Positions 1 through 10,990 are shown, counted from the first letter of the stretch. The stretch: 64,000 nucleotides of DNA from Nitrospirales bacterium (GCA_965223295.1 CBDCWC010000002.1:288001-352000), one strand, 5' to 3'. A program made the numbers and translations. The notes: generated by a model from the sequence alone, not told the origin.

Positions 1-375
1 CTCTCGTATAGGATAAGCCAGGAAAAGACCATAGGAAAAATGAACAATGCGGTCAAAATTGTTTCGTTGCCAACCAAATAGTTCATTCAGAGTATGTCCG
101 GTGATTGATGTCCACCAAGAGTCATACGGAACTTCGGCATATGTGTAATGAGCGCCGATCACATGAAGACATCCAAAGAGATAGAGCAATGTGTAAGAAA
201 CTTTGGAGAAAGGAAATCGTGTATAGGTGAGGGCAAGAATAGGGACGATAAGAAATACGAGAACATTTTCAAGAAGCCAGTCACTGCGATACAGAGGCTC
301 GATGGCGAGAACCATCCATTCCGCCAGAAACAGCGCTGCGAGGATAGACACGTAACATTTATGAGAAGAAGTCAT
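1..375 (-). CDS. DUF2238/YjdF-family inner membrane protein (3' end outside window)
   Basis: Hand translation of the minus strand from ATG at 375 stays open to position 1: MTSSHKCYVSILAALFLAEWMVLAIEPLYRSDWLLENVLV...LHVIGAHYTYAEVP...RNNFDRIVHF. The DWLLEN, GAHYTYAEVP and RNxxDRxxHF motifs are typical of the family. Missing from the ORF track. Confidence 0.85.
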   Translation of the reverse strand, partial: MTSSHKCYVSILAALFLAEWMVLAIEPLYRSDWLLENVLVFLIVPILALTYTRFPFSKVSYTLLYLFGCLHVIGAHYTYAEVPYDSWWTSITGHTLNELFGWQRNNFDRIVHFSYGLFLAYPIRE

Positions 376-685
376 AGCGATCCAATGAATTTTCAAGATT
401 CCTATATATCAGAAGGGTACTTGATCGAATGAGGTTCCACGCAAGATGTCTCGCAGCAAAATGTTGATGAGATTGACACTCTAAGCAATTCTTGTATGTT
501 AGAGATAGGTACGGTAACAAAACTATAGAATACAGACGATAAGTTCGAAATCTTGTTTTGTGCCAGTCCGTTCATAATGGCAAAGGCAGAATGTATGTTT
601 AAAGCTAAATCCAGTTTGGTCCTGCTTCAACACTTTTACGGGCCTATGTGTTCAAGGCGATGTTTCGCACAGCTGGGGGGGTGTG

Positions 686-1324
686 ATGTTTTCTGTGTTT
701 GATATAGGAGGCTTGCAGGTGCCCTATGTGGCCGGAGTCTTCCGAGATCGAAAGGTGTCTAAGGTGTCAAAGACATCAGCTGGCAAACCAGTTGGTCATG
801 AGACTCAGTTATCCAAACAGACATTGAGCAAAGGTTCTTCGTCTTTCCCAGCCGATCTCTATGAACAGGTACAGAACTTGTCGCAGACTAGTCCCTCGAC
901 TCTAGTGGCTCGAGACATCATGAGTTCACCGGTTACGTGCCTACCTTTAACTGCTTCGCTGGCTCAGGCTTGGGAGCTAGTGCTGAACACGCGGTTTCGG
1001 CATATTCCTATTCATTCTCAGGCTGAAATGCTTGTTGGTATTTTGTCTGACCGGGATCTTTCTCGCGGTACAGTTGAATCAGCTTTTGCTGGTATCAAAG
1101 GATCGGCTTATCTCGATAGGGTCACGATTGAACCCTATGTCAGTCATCCCGTGCTGGTGGCTGCTCCAGATACGACGTTACTGGCTCTTGCCCGCGTCTT
1201 ATTGGAGGAACGAATTGGTGCCCTTCCAGTTGTTTCACAAGAGAAAGAATTATTGGGCATGATTACTCGTAGCGATCTGTTGCGGGTGATCGTCTCGCAT
1301 CCACATTTTGAACAATGGGGGTAA
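686..1324 (+). CDS. CBS-domain pair protein with N-terminal extension
   Basis: ARDIMSSPV..RFRHIPI..LVGILSDRDL and RIGALPVV..LLGMITRSDLL. Confidence 0.85.
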   Translation: MFSVFDIGGLQVPYVAGVFRDRKVSKVSKTSAGKPVGHETQLSKQTLSKGSSSFPADLYEQVQNLSQTSPSTLVARDIMSSPVTCLPLTASLAQAWELVLNTRFRHIPIHSQAEMLVGILSDRDLSRGTVESAFAGIKGSAYLDRVTIEPYVSHPVLVAAPDTTLLALARVLLEERIGALPVVSQEKELLGMITRSDLLRVIVSHPHFEQWG

Positions 1325-1555
1325 TAGGGACTGTAATCACTTTGGCATTGGAACATTAGATCCAAGAGGCACCTAAACCTGTAACTCAGATAGTGCGTGT
1401 CTTGTTTTTGAAAGCGGTTGTACCGTGCGGCCTCGATACGAGGCCCAAATTTATTTTCCATTGACATGAACTCTCTCTAAACGGGTGAGGAAACTTTGTA
1501 ATAGTTTGGTTGAAAGAGAGAAGAAAAACAAAATCTGGGATGTGCAAAGGAGGGA

Positions 1556-1897
1556 ATGATGCTTGCACAGGGGGAGAAGCTATTAATTGTCCATCGCCGG
1601 TTGTTTGAAAAAGACAGCGGACGGTTTTTTGTGGGAGATGTGCAGGCTTATGAAGATGGTATCGTAAAGGTCAAGGGGTATACATTTGTGAGGGATATGT
1701 GGACGGGAGCGGTCAACAAGAAATCTGATATTCGTACTAAGATGGTGTCCCTTGTTTCTGACACCTTCATTGTGTATCTCTTACCGGAAACTGTCCATCT
1801 GGATTCGGTTGAAATCAGCGGTGAGGTACTAACAGATGACCGAGGATTTACGATGGATGTCTCAGAATCAGTGTCCAAAGAAGGCTCGGTCCACTGA
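1556..1897 (+). CDS. hypothetical protein
   Basis: 113-aa ORF with GGAGGG RBS and protein-like composition. Confidence 0.7.
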   Translation: MMLAQGEKLLIVHRRLFEKDSGRFFVGDVQAYEDGIVKVKGYTFVRDMWTGAVNKKSDIRTKMVSLVSDTFIVYLLPETVHLDSVEISGEVLTDDRGFTMDVSESVSKEGSVH

Positions 1898-2021
1898 TGG
1901 GGGAATGTTGAAAACAGATGCTCCACCCATCAAGGTGGGACAGGCATAATCTATTAATGGGTGATCCCTCATTCGGCTTTTTTTAAATATCTAATAATCT
2001 TGCTTGGGAGATGTGTTCTTT

Positions 2022-2465
2022 TCACCCTCCGTAGACGTTGATTAAATGGTGATCAATGAACTGATTCATGAGGTCGGTACGGGAAATCATGCCTATAAGT
2101 CGGTCATCACGGACAACAGGGATGCGAATAATCTGATGTTCGATCATTTGCTGAATGGCCATCTCAGCTGTGGCCGTTTCCTCTACCGTAATAGGTTGCG
2201 GAGTCATAATGTCTCCGGCACTTAATGTCTGCAAGTCTTTTCCGGCCGCTAGAGTTTTCAATACATCAAACTCTGAGACGATTCCGACAAGGTAATTGCC
2301 TGGTTCGATCACTGGTACGCCGCTAAATGTCCCAGAATGGATCAGGATTGCGATTTCTCGTGCACAATATTGTCGTGTGACCGCGACAATGCGAGTTTGC
2401 ATCAGATCTCTGACTTTCATGTGAAGATTGAGTGTTGGCATCATCTTTCCTTTTCCATCATTCAA
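2022..2465 (-). CDS. CBS-domain protein
   Basis: KVRDLM..FSGVPVI..LVGIVSEFDVL; AGDIMT..IIRIPVV..LIGMISRTDL. Start may be a downstream Met. Confidence 0.9.
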   Translation of the reverse strand: MNDGKGKMMPTLNLHMKVRDLMQTRIVAVTRQYCAREIAILIHSGTFSGVPVIEPGNYLVGIVSEFDVLKTLAAGKDLQTLSAGDIMTPQPITVEETATAEMAIQQMIEHQIIRIPVVRDDRLIGMISRTDLMNQFIDHHLINVYGG

Positions 2466-2548
2466 TGGTGTGAGTTAGCTGAGCGTTCGCTTTTTGTTAA
2501 AAGACTCTATACATTGTGGATTTGCTGTGAGGGGATATTAGCAAAACC

Positions 2549-2564
2549 AGCAAAAGGAATACCA
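2549..2564 (-). promoter_or_regulatory. putative sigma54 (-24/-12) promoter of the CBS gene
   Basis: Minus strand TGGTATTCCTTTTGCT = GG-N10-GC. Confidence 0.55.
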
Positions 2565-2604
2565 AGCGAGAATCCTCCGCCATTGATGCAGGGGGTTCAT
2601 GTAT

Positions 2605-2759
2605 GCGGCAGTTCAAGAAAGTCCGCTCGCCTGCGCGAAGCCGTTTTCGTGAAACTAGGTTCAGTCAGACCGCAGCTCATTTGGGGTTTGGAGCGTCGTG
2701 GCCTGACGTGAACCCCACAAGTGACGCGAACGCGGCTGGCGGCGTTTTTCAATAGACCT
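2605..2759 (+). mobile_element. degenerate MITE family A copy with internal insertion
   Basis: GGCAGTTCAAGAAAGTCCG...GCTGGCGGCGTTTTTCAATAGACC, homologous to the other family A cores. Confidence 0.6.
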
Positions 2760-2862
2760 ACCTGTACACCTTAGTGGAATCTCACATTCGAGGAACCGAT
2801 GCTGTGATATGGCGAGAATGGTAGCCCAAGAGGAGTATCGGTATTGGTGGGAAGTGAGAGGT

Positions 2863-3375
2863 TTAGGGAACTTGAATCGATTCGAGATAGGATAGTAACT
2901 GCCAAATTCGGCCTCGTACTTGGTCAGCCCATTGTGTTTCAATCGAAACCTCATCGTCAGGTATTTGAAACCACACTCCAAAGACCGGCATCTCACGTGT
3001 GCCATGACTCTCTAATGGCTCGCGGCCATCAATCATGCGATACGCTTGCCAAAAAGGAAACGTACCTCCATTGCGTTTTTGCAATGTTGTTAGGTTTGCG
3101 GGCTTGGGAACAAGATGCTTGGCTTTTGGTCCGTTCCCCATAGCTTGTGGGCCATGACAGGGTGTGCAAAACTTTTGGAATAAATAGCGGCCGCCTTTGA
3201 TGACCTCTTGTTGTTGCCCGCAGACTGTGTTGACGAACACTCCTAGGGTGAGAATGAGGACAATTACGGCTAGTTTCAAAGATCGTACAAAGCTGTTTGT
3301 TCTATTTGGGAATGATTGAAATGGAAAGGCAGGATATGAGTAACTATCTAATTTTCTAGAGTTCAGTTGAATCAT
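2863..3375 (-). CDS. monoheme cytochrome c
   Basis: Hydrophobic signal region, CTPCH, PKPANLT and HGTREMPVFG (Met ligand). Start uncertain. Confidence 0.85.
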   Translation of the reverse strand: MIQLNSRKLDSYSYPAFPFQSFPNRTNSFVRSLKLAVIVLILTLGVFVNTVCGQQQEVIKGGRYLFQKFCTPCHGPQAMGNGPKAKHLVPKPANLTTLQKRNGGTFPFWQAYRMIDGREPLESHGTREMPVFGVWFQIPDDEVSIETQWADQVRGRIWQLLSYLESIQVP

Positions 3376-3504
3376 ATTATGATCATATCAGTCATGTGGT
3401 TTTTTGAGAAGAGCTGAGAGGAACTTGATCATTAGAAAGGAACGAATTTTTGTTATTATGCAAACAATGGTAGTTGATGGGGTTTTCGTCTAAGTGAGTG
3501 TGGC

Positions 3505-4746
3505 ATGGTGAACATTCTAGTCGTCAATTGTGGAAGTTCATCCCTCAAGTTTTCGGTGTATGCGATGGAGGGCTTTTCTCAGGATCGGGAACTGAGGAAA
3601 GACCAGAGGTTGCTCCATGGAGCAATAACTGGGATTGGGGGCGAGGCTCAATGCCTCCTTACTAACCATCAGAGCGAGGCTCACCTTTTATCATGGCATA
3701 TTTCCGATATCCAGTCCGCCATTGCATGGATGTCTGAAATGTTACAAGATCCTCAACGGTCTCCGGTAACCTGGAAGGACATTGAAGCGGTTGGCCACCG
3801 AGTTGTGCATGGAGGTGATACCTTCACCGAAGCTGTGCATATCGATGACAATGTGATCAGCCAGATAGAAGCACTGAATGACTTGGCTCCGTTGCATAAT
3901 CCGGTCTGTCTGGCAGGCATTCGTTCGTTGCAACAGTTGATGGGTAAAAAGGTGCCAATGGTGGCGGTATTTGATACGGCGTTTCATTCCACATTGCCTG
4001 AGTATGCTCGAACCTACGCGCTACCGTTGGAACTAGCGACAAGGACAGGTATTCGACGATATGGCTTTCATGGTATTGCTCATGCGTCGTTGGCACTGGG
4101 TTACGCCCAATTCACAGGGAAATCATCTCAAGAATCGCGTCTGATCACTCTGCAATTGGGCCATGGCTGTTCGATGGCGGCTATTGATCGAGGAAAGTCT
4201 ATTGAGACCTCCATGGGCTTGACTCCTCTGGAAGGCTTAGTCATGGGAACACGGTCGGGAAATATCGATCCTGCTGTGGTTTTTTATCTGATGAAACACC
4301 ATGGGATGAACCTCGCAGAAGTTGAGCAACTTCTGAATGCACAATCTGGGCTACTAGGGATTTCTGGACGATCTTCAGATATGCAAGTGTTGCTGAAGGC
4401 GGCACGTGAAGACCAAGACAAACGGGCGCAATTGGCGATCGACATGTTTTGTTATCGCATACAGCAATTTCTTGGAGCCTATATGGCTGTCTTGCAAGGA
4501 GTAGACGCCATCGTATTTGGGGGAGGGATTGGAGAGCATTCATCGCAGGTACGAGAAAAAGTTTGCAGTGGAATGAAATGGTGTGGACTGCAATTAGATC
4601 CTACTCGAAATGAACAGGCTGTCAATGTGCGGTCAGGTGATGCGGCTAAGATAAGCTGCGATGATTCGACCATTGCAGTCTATGTTGTCGCGACGGATGA
4701 AGAAACACTGATTGCTCAGGAGACCTATCGTTCTCTTAAGCAATAG
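3505..4746 (+). CDS. ackA: acetate kinase
   Basis: ILVVNCGSSSLKF, GHRVVHGG, APLHN, VFDTAFH, RRYGFHG, TPLEGLVMGTRSG, TDEE. Confidence 0.97.
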   Translation: MVNILVVNCGSSSLKFSVYAMEGFSQDRELRKDQRLLHGAITGIGGEAQCLLTNHQSEAHLLSWHISDIQSAIAWMSEMLQDPQRSPVTWKDIEAVGHRVVHGGDTFTEAVHIDDNVISQIEALNDLAPLHNPVCLAGIRSLQQLMGKKVPMVAVFDTAFHSTLPEYARTYALPLELATRTGIRRYGFHGIAHASLALGYAQFTGKSSQESRLITLQLGHGCSMAAIDRGKSIETSMGLTPLEGLVMGTRSGNIDPAVVFYLMKHHGMNLAEVEQLLNAQSGLLGISGRSSDMQVLLKAAREDQDKRAQLAIDMFCYRIQQFLGAYMAVLQGVDAIVFGGGIGEHSSQVREKVCSGMKWCGLQLDPTRNEQAVNVRSGDAAKISCDDSTIAVYVVATDEETLIAQETYRSLKQ

Positions 4747-4814
4747 AATGGATGGGAGCAGTGTTTCCTTCTATTACCTTGAACCTTCATACTTTTCCTT
4801 CTTCTAGATAGGAG

Positions 4815-7187
4815 ATGAATATGACATCGAGTATTTCAGAGCAAGAACTTGTCGATATCGATGCCTACTGGCGGGCGGCCAATTATTTGTCTGTTGGTCA
4901 GATCTATCTACTCGATAATCCGTTACTAAGGAAACCGCTCAGACTCGAGCATGTGAAACGACGTTTATTGGGGCATTGGGGTACAACGCCAGGGCTAAAT
5001 TTTATTTATGTTCATTTGAATCGTCTTATTAAAAAGTATGATCTGAGCATGTTGTATATTGCGGGTCCTGGCCATGGTGGGCCAGGATTAGTTGCGAACA
5101 CCTATCTCGAGGGAACCTATACGGAAGTGTATCCCAATATTTCACAAGATGTAGAGGGCTTGCGAAAACTGTTTAAGCAGTTTTCATTTCCGGGAGGTGT
5201 TCCGAGTCATGTGGCGCCTGAAACTCCGGGGTCGATTCATGAAGGCGGGGAGCTTGGCTATGCGTTATCTCATGCCTTTGGTGCGGTATTCGATAATCCC
5301 GATTTAATTGTGGCGTGTGTAGTAGGTGATGGCGAAGCGGAAACCGGGCCACTAGCCACGGCCTGGCATTCTAATAAATTCCTGAATCCCATAAGTGATG
5401 GAGCGGTTCTACCTATTCTCCATCTTAATGGGTACAAGATTGCTAATCCAACCTTGTTGGCACGTATTAGCCATGAGGAATTGAACAACTTGTTTTTGGG
5501 ATACGGCTATCAACCTCATTTTGTGGAAGGGGCAGATCCAAAAGCCATGCATCGACTCATGGCTCAAACACTAGAGGATGTGGTGAATGAAATTCAGGCT
5601 ATTCAACAACAAGCCCGAAACGTGGGAGATGTCACACGGCCTCGTTGGCCAATGATCATTTTGCGAACGCCGAAGGGTTGGACAGGTCCACAAGAAGTGG
5701 ATGGCAAAAAGACTGAGGATTCATGGCGATCCCACCAAGTCCCATTTTCGGATATGGCGACCAACAAGAAGCATCTCAAGCTATTGGAAGATTGGTTGAA
5801 GAGTTATCACCCTGAAGAGCTGTTCGATAAAGAGGGACAACTCCTTCCACGGTTGGCTGCATTGGCTCCAAAAGGCATTAGACGGATGGGAGCCAATCCT
5901 CATACGAACGGTGGCCTGCTTCTGAAAGAGTTGAAGATGCCGGCCTTTCAAGATTATGCCGTGGATGTCCCTAAACCAGGCACCGTCATGGCTGAGGCTA
6001 CGCGGGTGATGGGGCAGTTTCTTCGAGATGTGATGAAGTGCAATTTGGCAAACCGGAACTTTCTGGTATTTGGGCCAGATGAGACAGCTTCGAATCGGTT
6101 GAATGCCCTATTTGAAGTTACGAAGCGACGGTGGATAGCGAAAACTATTCCGGAGGATGATCATCTCTCAACCGACGGGCGTGTATTGGAAATGCTCAGT
6201 GAACATACTTGCCAAGGATGGTTAGAAGGCTATCTTCTGACCGGGCGTCATGGATTTTTCTCCTGCTACGAGGCCTTTATCCATCTTATTGATTCCATGT
6301 TCAATCAACATGCGAAATGGTTGAAGGTCACACGTGAAGATATTCCCTGGCGTCGGCCTATTGCGTCCTTGAACTATTTGTTGACATCCCATGTCTGGCG
6401 GCAAGATCACAATGGTTTTTCTCATCAAGACCCTGGCTTTATCGATCATGTGGTGAACAAGAAAGCCGAAGTGATTCGTGTGTATTTGCCGCCTGATGCG
6501 AATAGCTTGTTATTCACGGTCGATAAATGTCTACGTAGTCGAAACCTGGTGAATGTGATCGTCGCGGGTAAACAGCCGGGTTTGCAGTATCTCAGTATGG
6601 ATGCGGCTATTAAACATTGCACGGCTGGCATTGGCATCTGGGAATGGGCGAGTAACGACAAAGGGGAAGAGCCGGATGTGGTGATGGCCTGTGCTGGCGA
6701 TGTGCCGACATTGGAAACCTTGGCGGCCGTTGATCTGTTACGGAAACAAGTGCCTGACTTGAAAGTCCGTGTAGTGAATGTGGTGAACTTGATGAAACTG
6801 CAACCGCAGAACGCGCATCCCCATGGTCTGTCGGATCAAGAGTTTGACACGTTGTTCACGACTGACAAGCCGATTATCTTTGCGTTTCATGGATATCCCT
6901 GGTTGATTCATCGTCTGACCTACCGTCGAACAAACCATAAAAATCTTCATGTCCGGGGATATAAAGAAGAAGGGTCGACAACGACGCCATTTGACATGGT
7001 CGTCCTCAATGATCTTGATCGTTTTCATCTTGTGGCTGATGTCATTGATCGTGTTCCTCAACTAGGCTATCTGGCTGCGTATGCCAAACAGGCCATCCGT
7101 GACAAACGCATTGACCATAAAACGTATATCTCGACATATGGGGATGATATGCCTGAAATCCGTGATTGGAAGTGGTCTCACAAGTGA
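4815..7187 (+). CDS. xfp: xylulose-5-P/fructose-6-P phosphoketolase
   Basis: [53 protein letters not shown]. Confidence 0.97.
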   Translation: MNMTSSISEQELVDIDAYWRAANYLSVGQIYLLDNPLLRKPLRLEHVKRRLLGHWGTTPGLNFIYVHLNRLIKKYDLSMLYIAGPGHGGPGLVANTYLEGTYTEVYPNISQDVEGLRKLFKQFSFPGGVPSHVAPETPGSIHEGGELGYALSHAFGAVFDNPDLIVACVVGDGEAETGPLATAWHSNKFLNPISDGAVLPILHLNGYKIANPTLLARISHEELNNLFLGYGYQPHFVEGADPKAMHRLMAQTLEDVVNEIQAIQQQARNVGDVTRPRWPMIILRTPKGWTGPQEVDGKKTEDSWRSHQVPFSDMATNKKHLKLLEDWLKSYHPEELFDKEGQLLPRLAALAPKGIRRMGANPHTNGGLLLKELKMPAFQDYAVDVPKPGTVMAEATRVMGQFLRDVMKCNLANRNFLVFGPDETASNRLNALFEVTKRRWIAKTIPEDDHLSTDGRVLEMLSEHTCQGWLEGYLLTGRHGFFSCYEAFIHLIDSMFNQHAKWLKVTREDIPWRRPIASLNYLLTSHVWRQDHNGFSHQDPGFIDHVVNKKAEVIRVYLPPDANSLLFTVDKCLRSRNLVNVIVAGKQPGLQYLSMDAAIKHCTAGIGIWEWASNDKGEEPDVVMACAGDVPTLETLAAVDLLRKQVPDLKVRVVNVVNLMKLQPQNAHPHGLSDQEFDTLFTTDKPIIFAFHGYPWLIHRLTYRRTNHKNLHVRGYKEEGSTTTPFDMVVLNDLDRFHLVADVIDRVPQLGYLAAYAKQAIRDKRIDHKTYISTYGDDMPEIRDWKWSHK

Positions 7188-7210
7188 AGAATTGGGATTC
7201 GAGCGATACC

Positions 7211-7401
7211 GGGTCGGTTGAAAAAAGCCGCCAGCGGCGTTCTCACCATTTTTCCGTGCTCACGTAGCACCAGTACGCTCCGCGCGTAACAATGGCTGCG
7301 GCCTTGCTGGACGGACTTTTTTGAACTGACCCGACGCTGTTGATCGCTAAGGGCTTCCTGGTGAAATATGGCTTTTGATGTCTTCATTGTTCAACACTCC
7401 T
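7211..7401 (-). mobile_element. MITE family A, long form
   Basis: Imperfect TIRs GGGTCGGTTGAA / TTCAACACTCCT; flanked by ATACC at 7206-7210 and 7402-7406 (5-bp TSD). Confidence 0.8.
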
Positions 7402-7411
7402 ATACCATACG

Positions 7412-8206
7412 ATGATCAAAGTAGGTATGATATTCTGCTCGCCGCATGCAACTATGACAAACGTAATATGCCATAATAGCTCTGTCTTCTTCCTTGTGTG
7501 TTTTTTTACTTGGATCTTACCGGGAATGGTAGATGAAGGATGGTCAGGCATGGATCAGGATTATTCACGACAGGTTGAACGGGATAGAATGGTCGATGAT
7601 CAAATTGTCGGAGAGGGAATTGTTGATCCAGCCGTGATTGCGGCAATGCGGAGGGTTCCTCGACATCGGTTTATTCCTGACTCTGGATCCGAAGAGGCTT
7701 ACGGAAATTTTCCACTTCCTATTGGATATGAACAAACCATCTCTCAGCCATTTATTGTCGCGTTTATGACGGAAGCTTTGAAGTTACAACCCGGGGAGAA
7801 AGTTTTGGAAATCGGAACCGGCTCTGGGTATCAGGCTGCGATCCTGGCCGAGCTCGGAGTAGAAGTGTTGACGATTGAAATAGTGGGCCCCCTGGCCGCG
7901 CGTGCTGCCGAGAGACTCGCACAATTGGGCTACGACAATGTGAGAGTACGAACTGGAGATGGCTATCAAGGTTGGCCAGAGGAAAGCCCGTTTGATGTGG
8001 TAATCTTGACCGCATCGCCAGATCATATACCCGAGCCACTCTTGGCGCAGTTGGCAATTGGGGGGCGCCTCATTGCTCCTGTTGGGGCGCATTCTCAACA
8101 TTTGGTTCTGATTCAACGAACCAAAGAGGGTTATGAGTCAAAAGATTTATTGCCTGTGCGTTTTGTCCCGATGACTGGACAGGCTGAGCAAAGCCCCCCG
8201 AAATAA
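7412..8206 (+). CDS. pcm: protein-L-isoaspartate O-methyltransferase
   Basis: VPRHRF, QTISQP, VLEIGTGSGYQAA, GDGYQGW, VRFVPM. Start uncertain. Confidence 0.95.
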   Translation: MIKVGMIFCSPHATMTNVICHNSSVFFLVCFFTWILPGMVDEGWSGMDQDYSRQVERDRMVDDQIVGEGIVDPAVIAAMRRVPRHRFIPDSGSEEAYGNFPLPIGYEQTISQPFIVAFMTEALKLQPGEKVLEIGTGSGYQAAILAELGVEVLTIEIVGPLAARAAERLAQLGYDNVRVRTGDGYQGWPEESPFDVVILTASPDHIPEPLLAQLAIGGRLIAPVGAHSQHLVLIQRTKEGYESKDLLPVRFVPMTGQAEQSPPK

Positions 8207-8379
8207 TAGGGGTAAAGAAATGTTGTGTTTGACTAATAAAAAGCTTCTTATGATGCGCGACGATCTCCTCCAGAATGCGCCTCTCTAACCTGTAGAAAAA
8301 ATCCACAGATTTTTTAAGGCGTAACCTGCATGCGTGCCTAAAAGGGGCAATTTTTTGCCAATTTGGGCTGTTTCCATCG

Positions 8380-8395
8380 AGGTCTGGATTTTGCT
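8380..8395 (+). promoter_or_regulatory. possible sigma54 promoter
   Basis: AGGTCTGGATTTTGCT = GG-N10-GC upstream of the response regulator/activator pair; weak -24 element. Confidence 0.4.
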
Positions 8396-8492
8396 TCCAC
8401 TCTCAGACTAAGTATGACCAGTTCTGTTTCAGCTGATCTGGCTGAAGGGAGCCTGCATCCCAACAATTTGATGCTAATAGAAGAGAACGGGG

Positions 8493-8918
8493 ATGGAAGA
8501 GATCCCGATTCACCCCAACCCGGACACGGTGAAAGCTTGTACCATACTTGTGGTGGATGAAGATGAGGCCATGCGAGCGTTGTTGGTTGATGCTCTGCAG
8601 GAGAATGGTTGCCGGGTCATGGAGTCTCTTGACGGAAAGGGGGCCTTAGAAATTCTTCAGAAGGTCATGCCAAATGTGATTGTGACGGACTTGAAGATTC
8701 CCGATGGAGGGTATTTATATTTGCGACTACTAAAATCCGCGGCGCCACAAAGTGCTGTTGTCGTGATGACCGCTCATGGCGACAGCCAATCAAAGACCAA
8801 AGCGCTTGAATGCGGTGCCCAAGCCTACTTTGAAAAGCCCTTACATTTAAAGCATTTAAAAGACTGGATTTCGGATAGCTGTATGGAAAATCCATGCAGA
8901 CATACGAGAGATTCCTAA
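8493..8918 (+). CDS. single-domain response regulator (REC)
   Basis: ILVVDED, VIVTDLKIP, VMTAHG, YFEKP. Confidence 0.88.
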   Translation: MEEIPIHPNPDTVKACTILVVDEDEAMRALLVDALQENGCRVMESLDGKGALEILQKVMPNVIVTDLKIPDGGYLYLRLLKSAAPQSAVVVMTAHGDSQSKTKALECGAQAYFEKPLHLKHLKDWISDSCMENPCRHTRDS

Positions 8919-8955
8919 GCCATTTGCGAAAAGCTGAAAGGAGCAGATCAGTACG

Positions 8956-10356
8956 ATGGCCGGATCGTATATACCAACAGGAGCAAATAGTCCTGATGAT
9001 ATTCAGCAACACCTTGAAGGCTTGAAGTTCCTAGCCGAACATGTGAATGAGCCTATTGCCATTCTTGATGCTGATTTGAAGGTCGTTTATGCTAATCCGT
9101 CAGCTGATCAGTTGATCAAAGACTGCCCTTCTATCCCCCCTCACGTTTCCGCTTCGTCGGAGGCTGTGAATGAACATCCCAACTTTTGTACGCCTTGTCA
9201 TGTCATGAGCCTGTTTCGGCCGCATGAGAAAGTTGAACATTCATTTTCGATCGAAAGCACATGGGTTTGTCCTTTACCTCGAGTGGTGCCCATTTACAGT
9301 AAATCTGGGAGTGCACGTTTTGCCGTCCTCATGGCGGCGCATTCTGATCGAGGAGTGTGTGAGGAGGTGCCGTTGATCCATGGACAGGCTCCTGCGTATT
9401 CCGAAGAGCCATTGATTGATGAAATGTCCGAGCACGCGATTATTGGTGAAAGTAAGCCTATGCAACAATTGTTGCGTATGATTCACTTAATAGCGGCTAG
9501 TGAAGCCACGGTATTGATCCAGGGTGAGAGCGGGACCGGGAAAGAATTAGTCGCCAAAACGATTCATGCCTTGAGTCATCGTCGGCAGAGGCCCTTTGTC
9601 GTGGTGGAATGTAGCTCGTTGCCCGAAACGTTGCTGGAAAGCGAATTATTTGGTCATGTGCGGGGAGCCTTTACCGGAGCTGTGGCTGAACGGAAGGGTC
9701 TGTTTGAAGAAGCCGAAGGCGGTACGATTTTTTTAGATGAAATAGCTGATACCACTCCAGCCTTTCAAGCGCGATTGCTTCGAGTGCTCCAGGAGGGAGA
9801 GATTAAGCCAGTTGGGAGTAATCAATCTATCAAAGTGAATGTCCGTATCCTCTCAGCGGGCAATACGCCTCTTGAAGAGTTGGTAAAAGTCAAGAAGTTC
9901 CGTGCTGATTTGTATTACCGGTTGGCGGTATTGCCACTCACTGTTCCTTCCTTACGTGACCGCAAGGAAGATATTCCATTATTAGTGCAGCATTTCTTAC
10001 GAAAGTCGACACAAAAACACGATCGTGCTCCGATGATGGTAAGCCGCGAGGCGCAGTTGGTCTTAATTCAACATCAGTGGCCGGGCAATGTTCGTGAGTT
10101 AGAAAATATTATTGAACGTGGAGTAGTGACGTGTCATGCTCAAACTCTAGAACCCAAAGATTTGTTAATTGAGCATACAGGAGAGCCAGGAAGGAAGGAT
10201 TTGAATAGCATTGGGAAAGTTGCACGCCAGGAAGCTGAGCGAAAACAAATTCTGCAAGCCCTTCATGATACCAAAGGAGATAAAACGCGTGCTGCCAGAC
10301 TTTTGAACATTAGTCGATCAAGTCTCTACAACAAGTTGAGAGATTGTAATATTTAG
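8956..10356 (+). CDS. sigma54-dependent Fis-family activator with PAS-like, Cys-rich N-terminus
   Basis: GESGTGKE, ESELFGH, GAFTGA, FLDEI, WPGNVREL, C-terminal HTH. Confidence 0.95.
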   Translation: MAGSYIPTGANSPDDIQQHLEGLKFLAEHVNEPIAILDADLKVVYANPSADQLIKDCPSIPPHVSASSEAVNEHPNFCTPCHVMSLFRPHEKVEHSFSIESTWVCPLPRVVPIYSKSGSARFAVLMAAHSDRGVCEEVPLIHGQAPAYSEEPLIDEMSEHAIIGESKPMQQLLRMIHLIAASEATVLIQGESGTGKELVAKTIHALSHRRQRPFVVVECSSLPETLLESELFGHVRGAFTGAVAERKGLFEEAEGGTIFLDEIADTTPAFQARLLRVLQEGEIKPVGSNQSIKVNVRILSAGNTPLEELVKVKKFRADLYYRLAVLPLTVPSLRDRKEDIPLLVQHFLRKSTQKHDRAPMMVSREAQLVLIQHQWPGNVRELENIIERGVVTCHAQTLEPKDLLIEHTGEPGRKDLNSIGKVARQEAERKQILQALHDTKGDKTRAARLLNISRSSLYNKLRDCNI

Positions 10357-10475
10357 TAAGTAGAACATTCCTGCCCTAAGTTGCTACACTTCTTGTTTCT
10401 TACATGCTCCCCTCCTTTAAGCGTGTCCCTTGCTGAAAAATATGAACAACTGCTGTGTTTATCGATTTAGATCCA

Positions 10476-10688
10476 GGGTCTGTTGAAGAATGAAGATATC
10501 AAGGAGCAGATTTCTCCAGGATACCGTTAACGAGAGAGGCCTCGTGTCGGTTCAAAAAAGTCGGTCCAGTCCTGCCCTGAGCTCGTCGAAGGGAAGGCCC
10601 CAGCTCTTTTTGCTTGCGGAGCATACTGGCACGACGTGAGCACGGGAAAATGGCGAGAACGCCGCTGGCGGCTTTTTTCAGCAGACCC
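10476..10688 (+). mobile_element. MITE family A, long form, with nested REP-like insert
   Basis: TIRs GGGTCTGTTGAA / TTCAGCAGACCC; arm and core align with the copy at 7211-7401; no TSD visible. Confidence 0.78.
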
Positions 10689-10973
10689 AAATTGAGAATT
10701 TTACTATTCCCGCACGCTCCTCATATCTGTCTTATTTTTTTTCTTATCATGCAATATTTTGTGTCCAAAAAATTATGCACATAAATCATTGATTACTAGC
10801 ATTTTATTATACAAATGACAATTTAAATGCCACGGTGTTGTGGAATATTGCCACATAATTTGACTCTCTATTTTCACAAGCTTGGTTTTTTTTGATCTTG
10901 ATTGCGTTGTGGCGTAGTGCTGCTTTCTGTTACAGATATAGCGCTTGTGGTTTTTTATAGGGTACTTGTACCA

Positions 10974-10990
10974 TGGCAATCACATTGATT
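10974..10990 (+). promoter_or_regulatory. possible variant sigma54 promoter of oxidase paralog 1
   Basis: TGGCAATCACATTGATT = GG-N10-GA (non-canonical -12). Confidence 0.4.

Noticed and set aside
148-432. 94-aa plus-strand ORF
   Set aside because: Shadow of the minus-strand DUF2238 gene.
9180-9205. CTPCH in the sigma54 activator as a c-type heme site
   Set aside because: Cytoplasmic regulator with no export signal; covalent heme attachment is unlikely.
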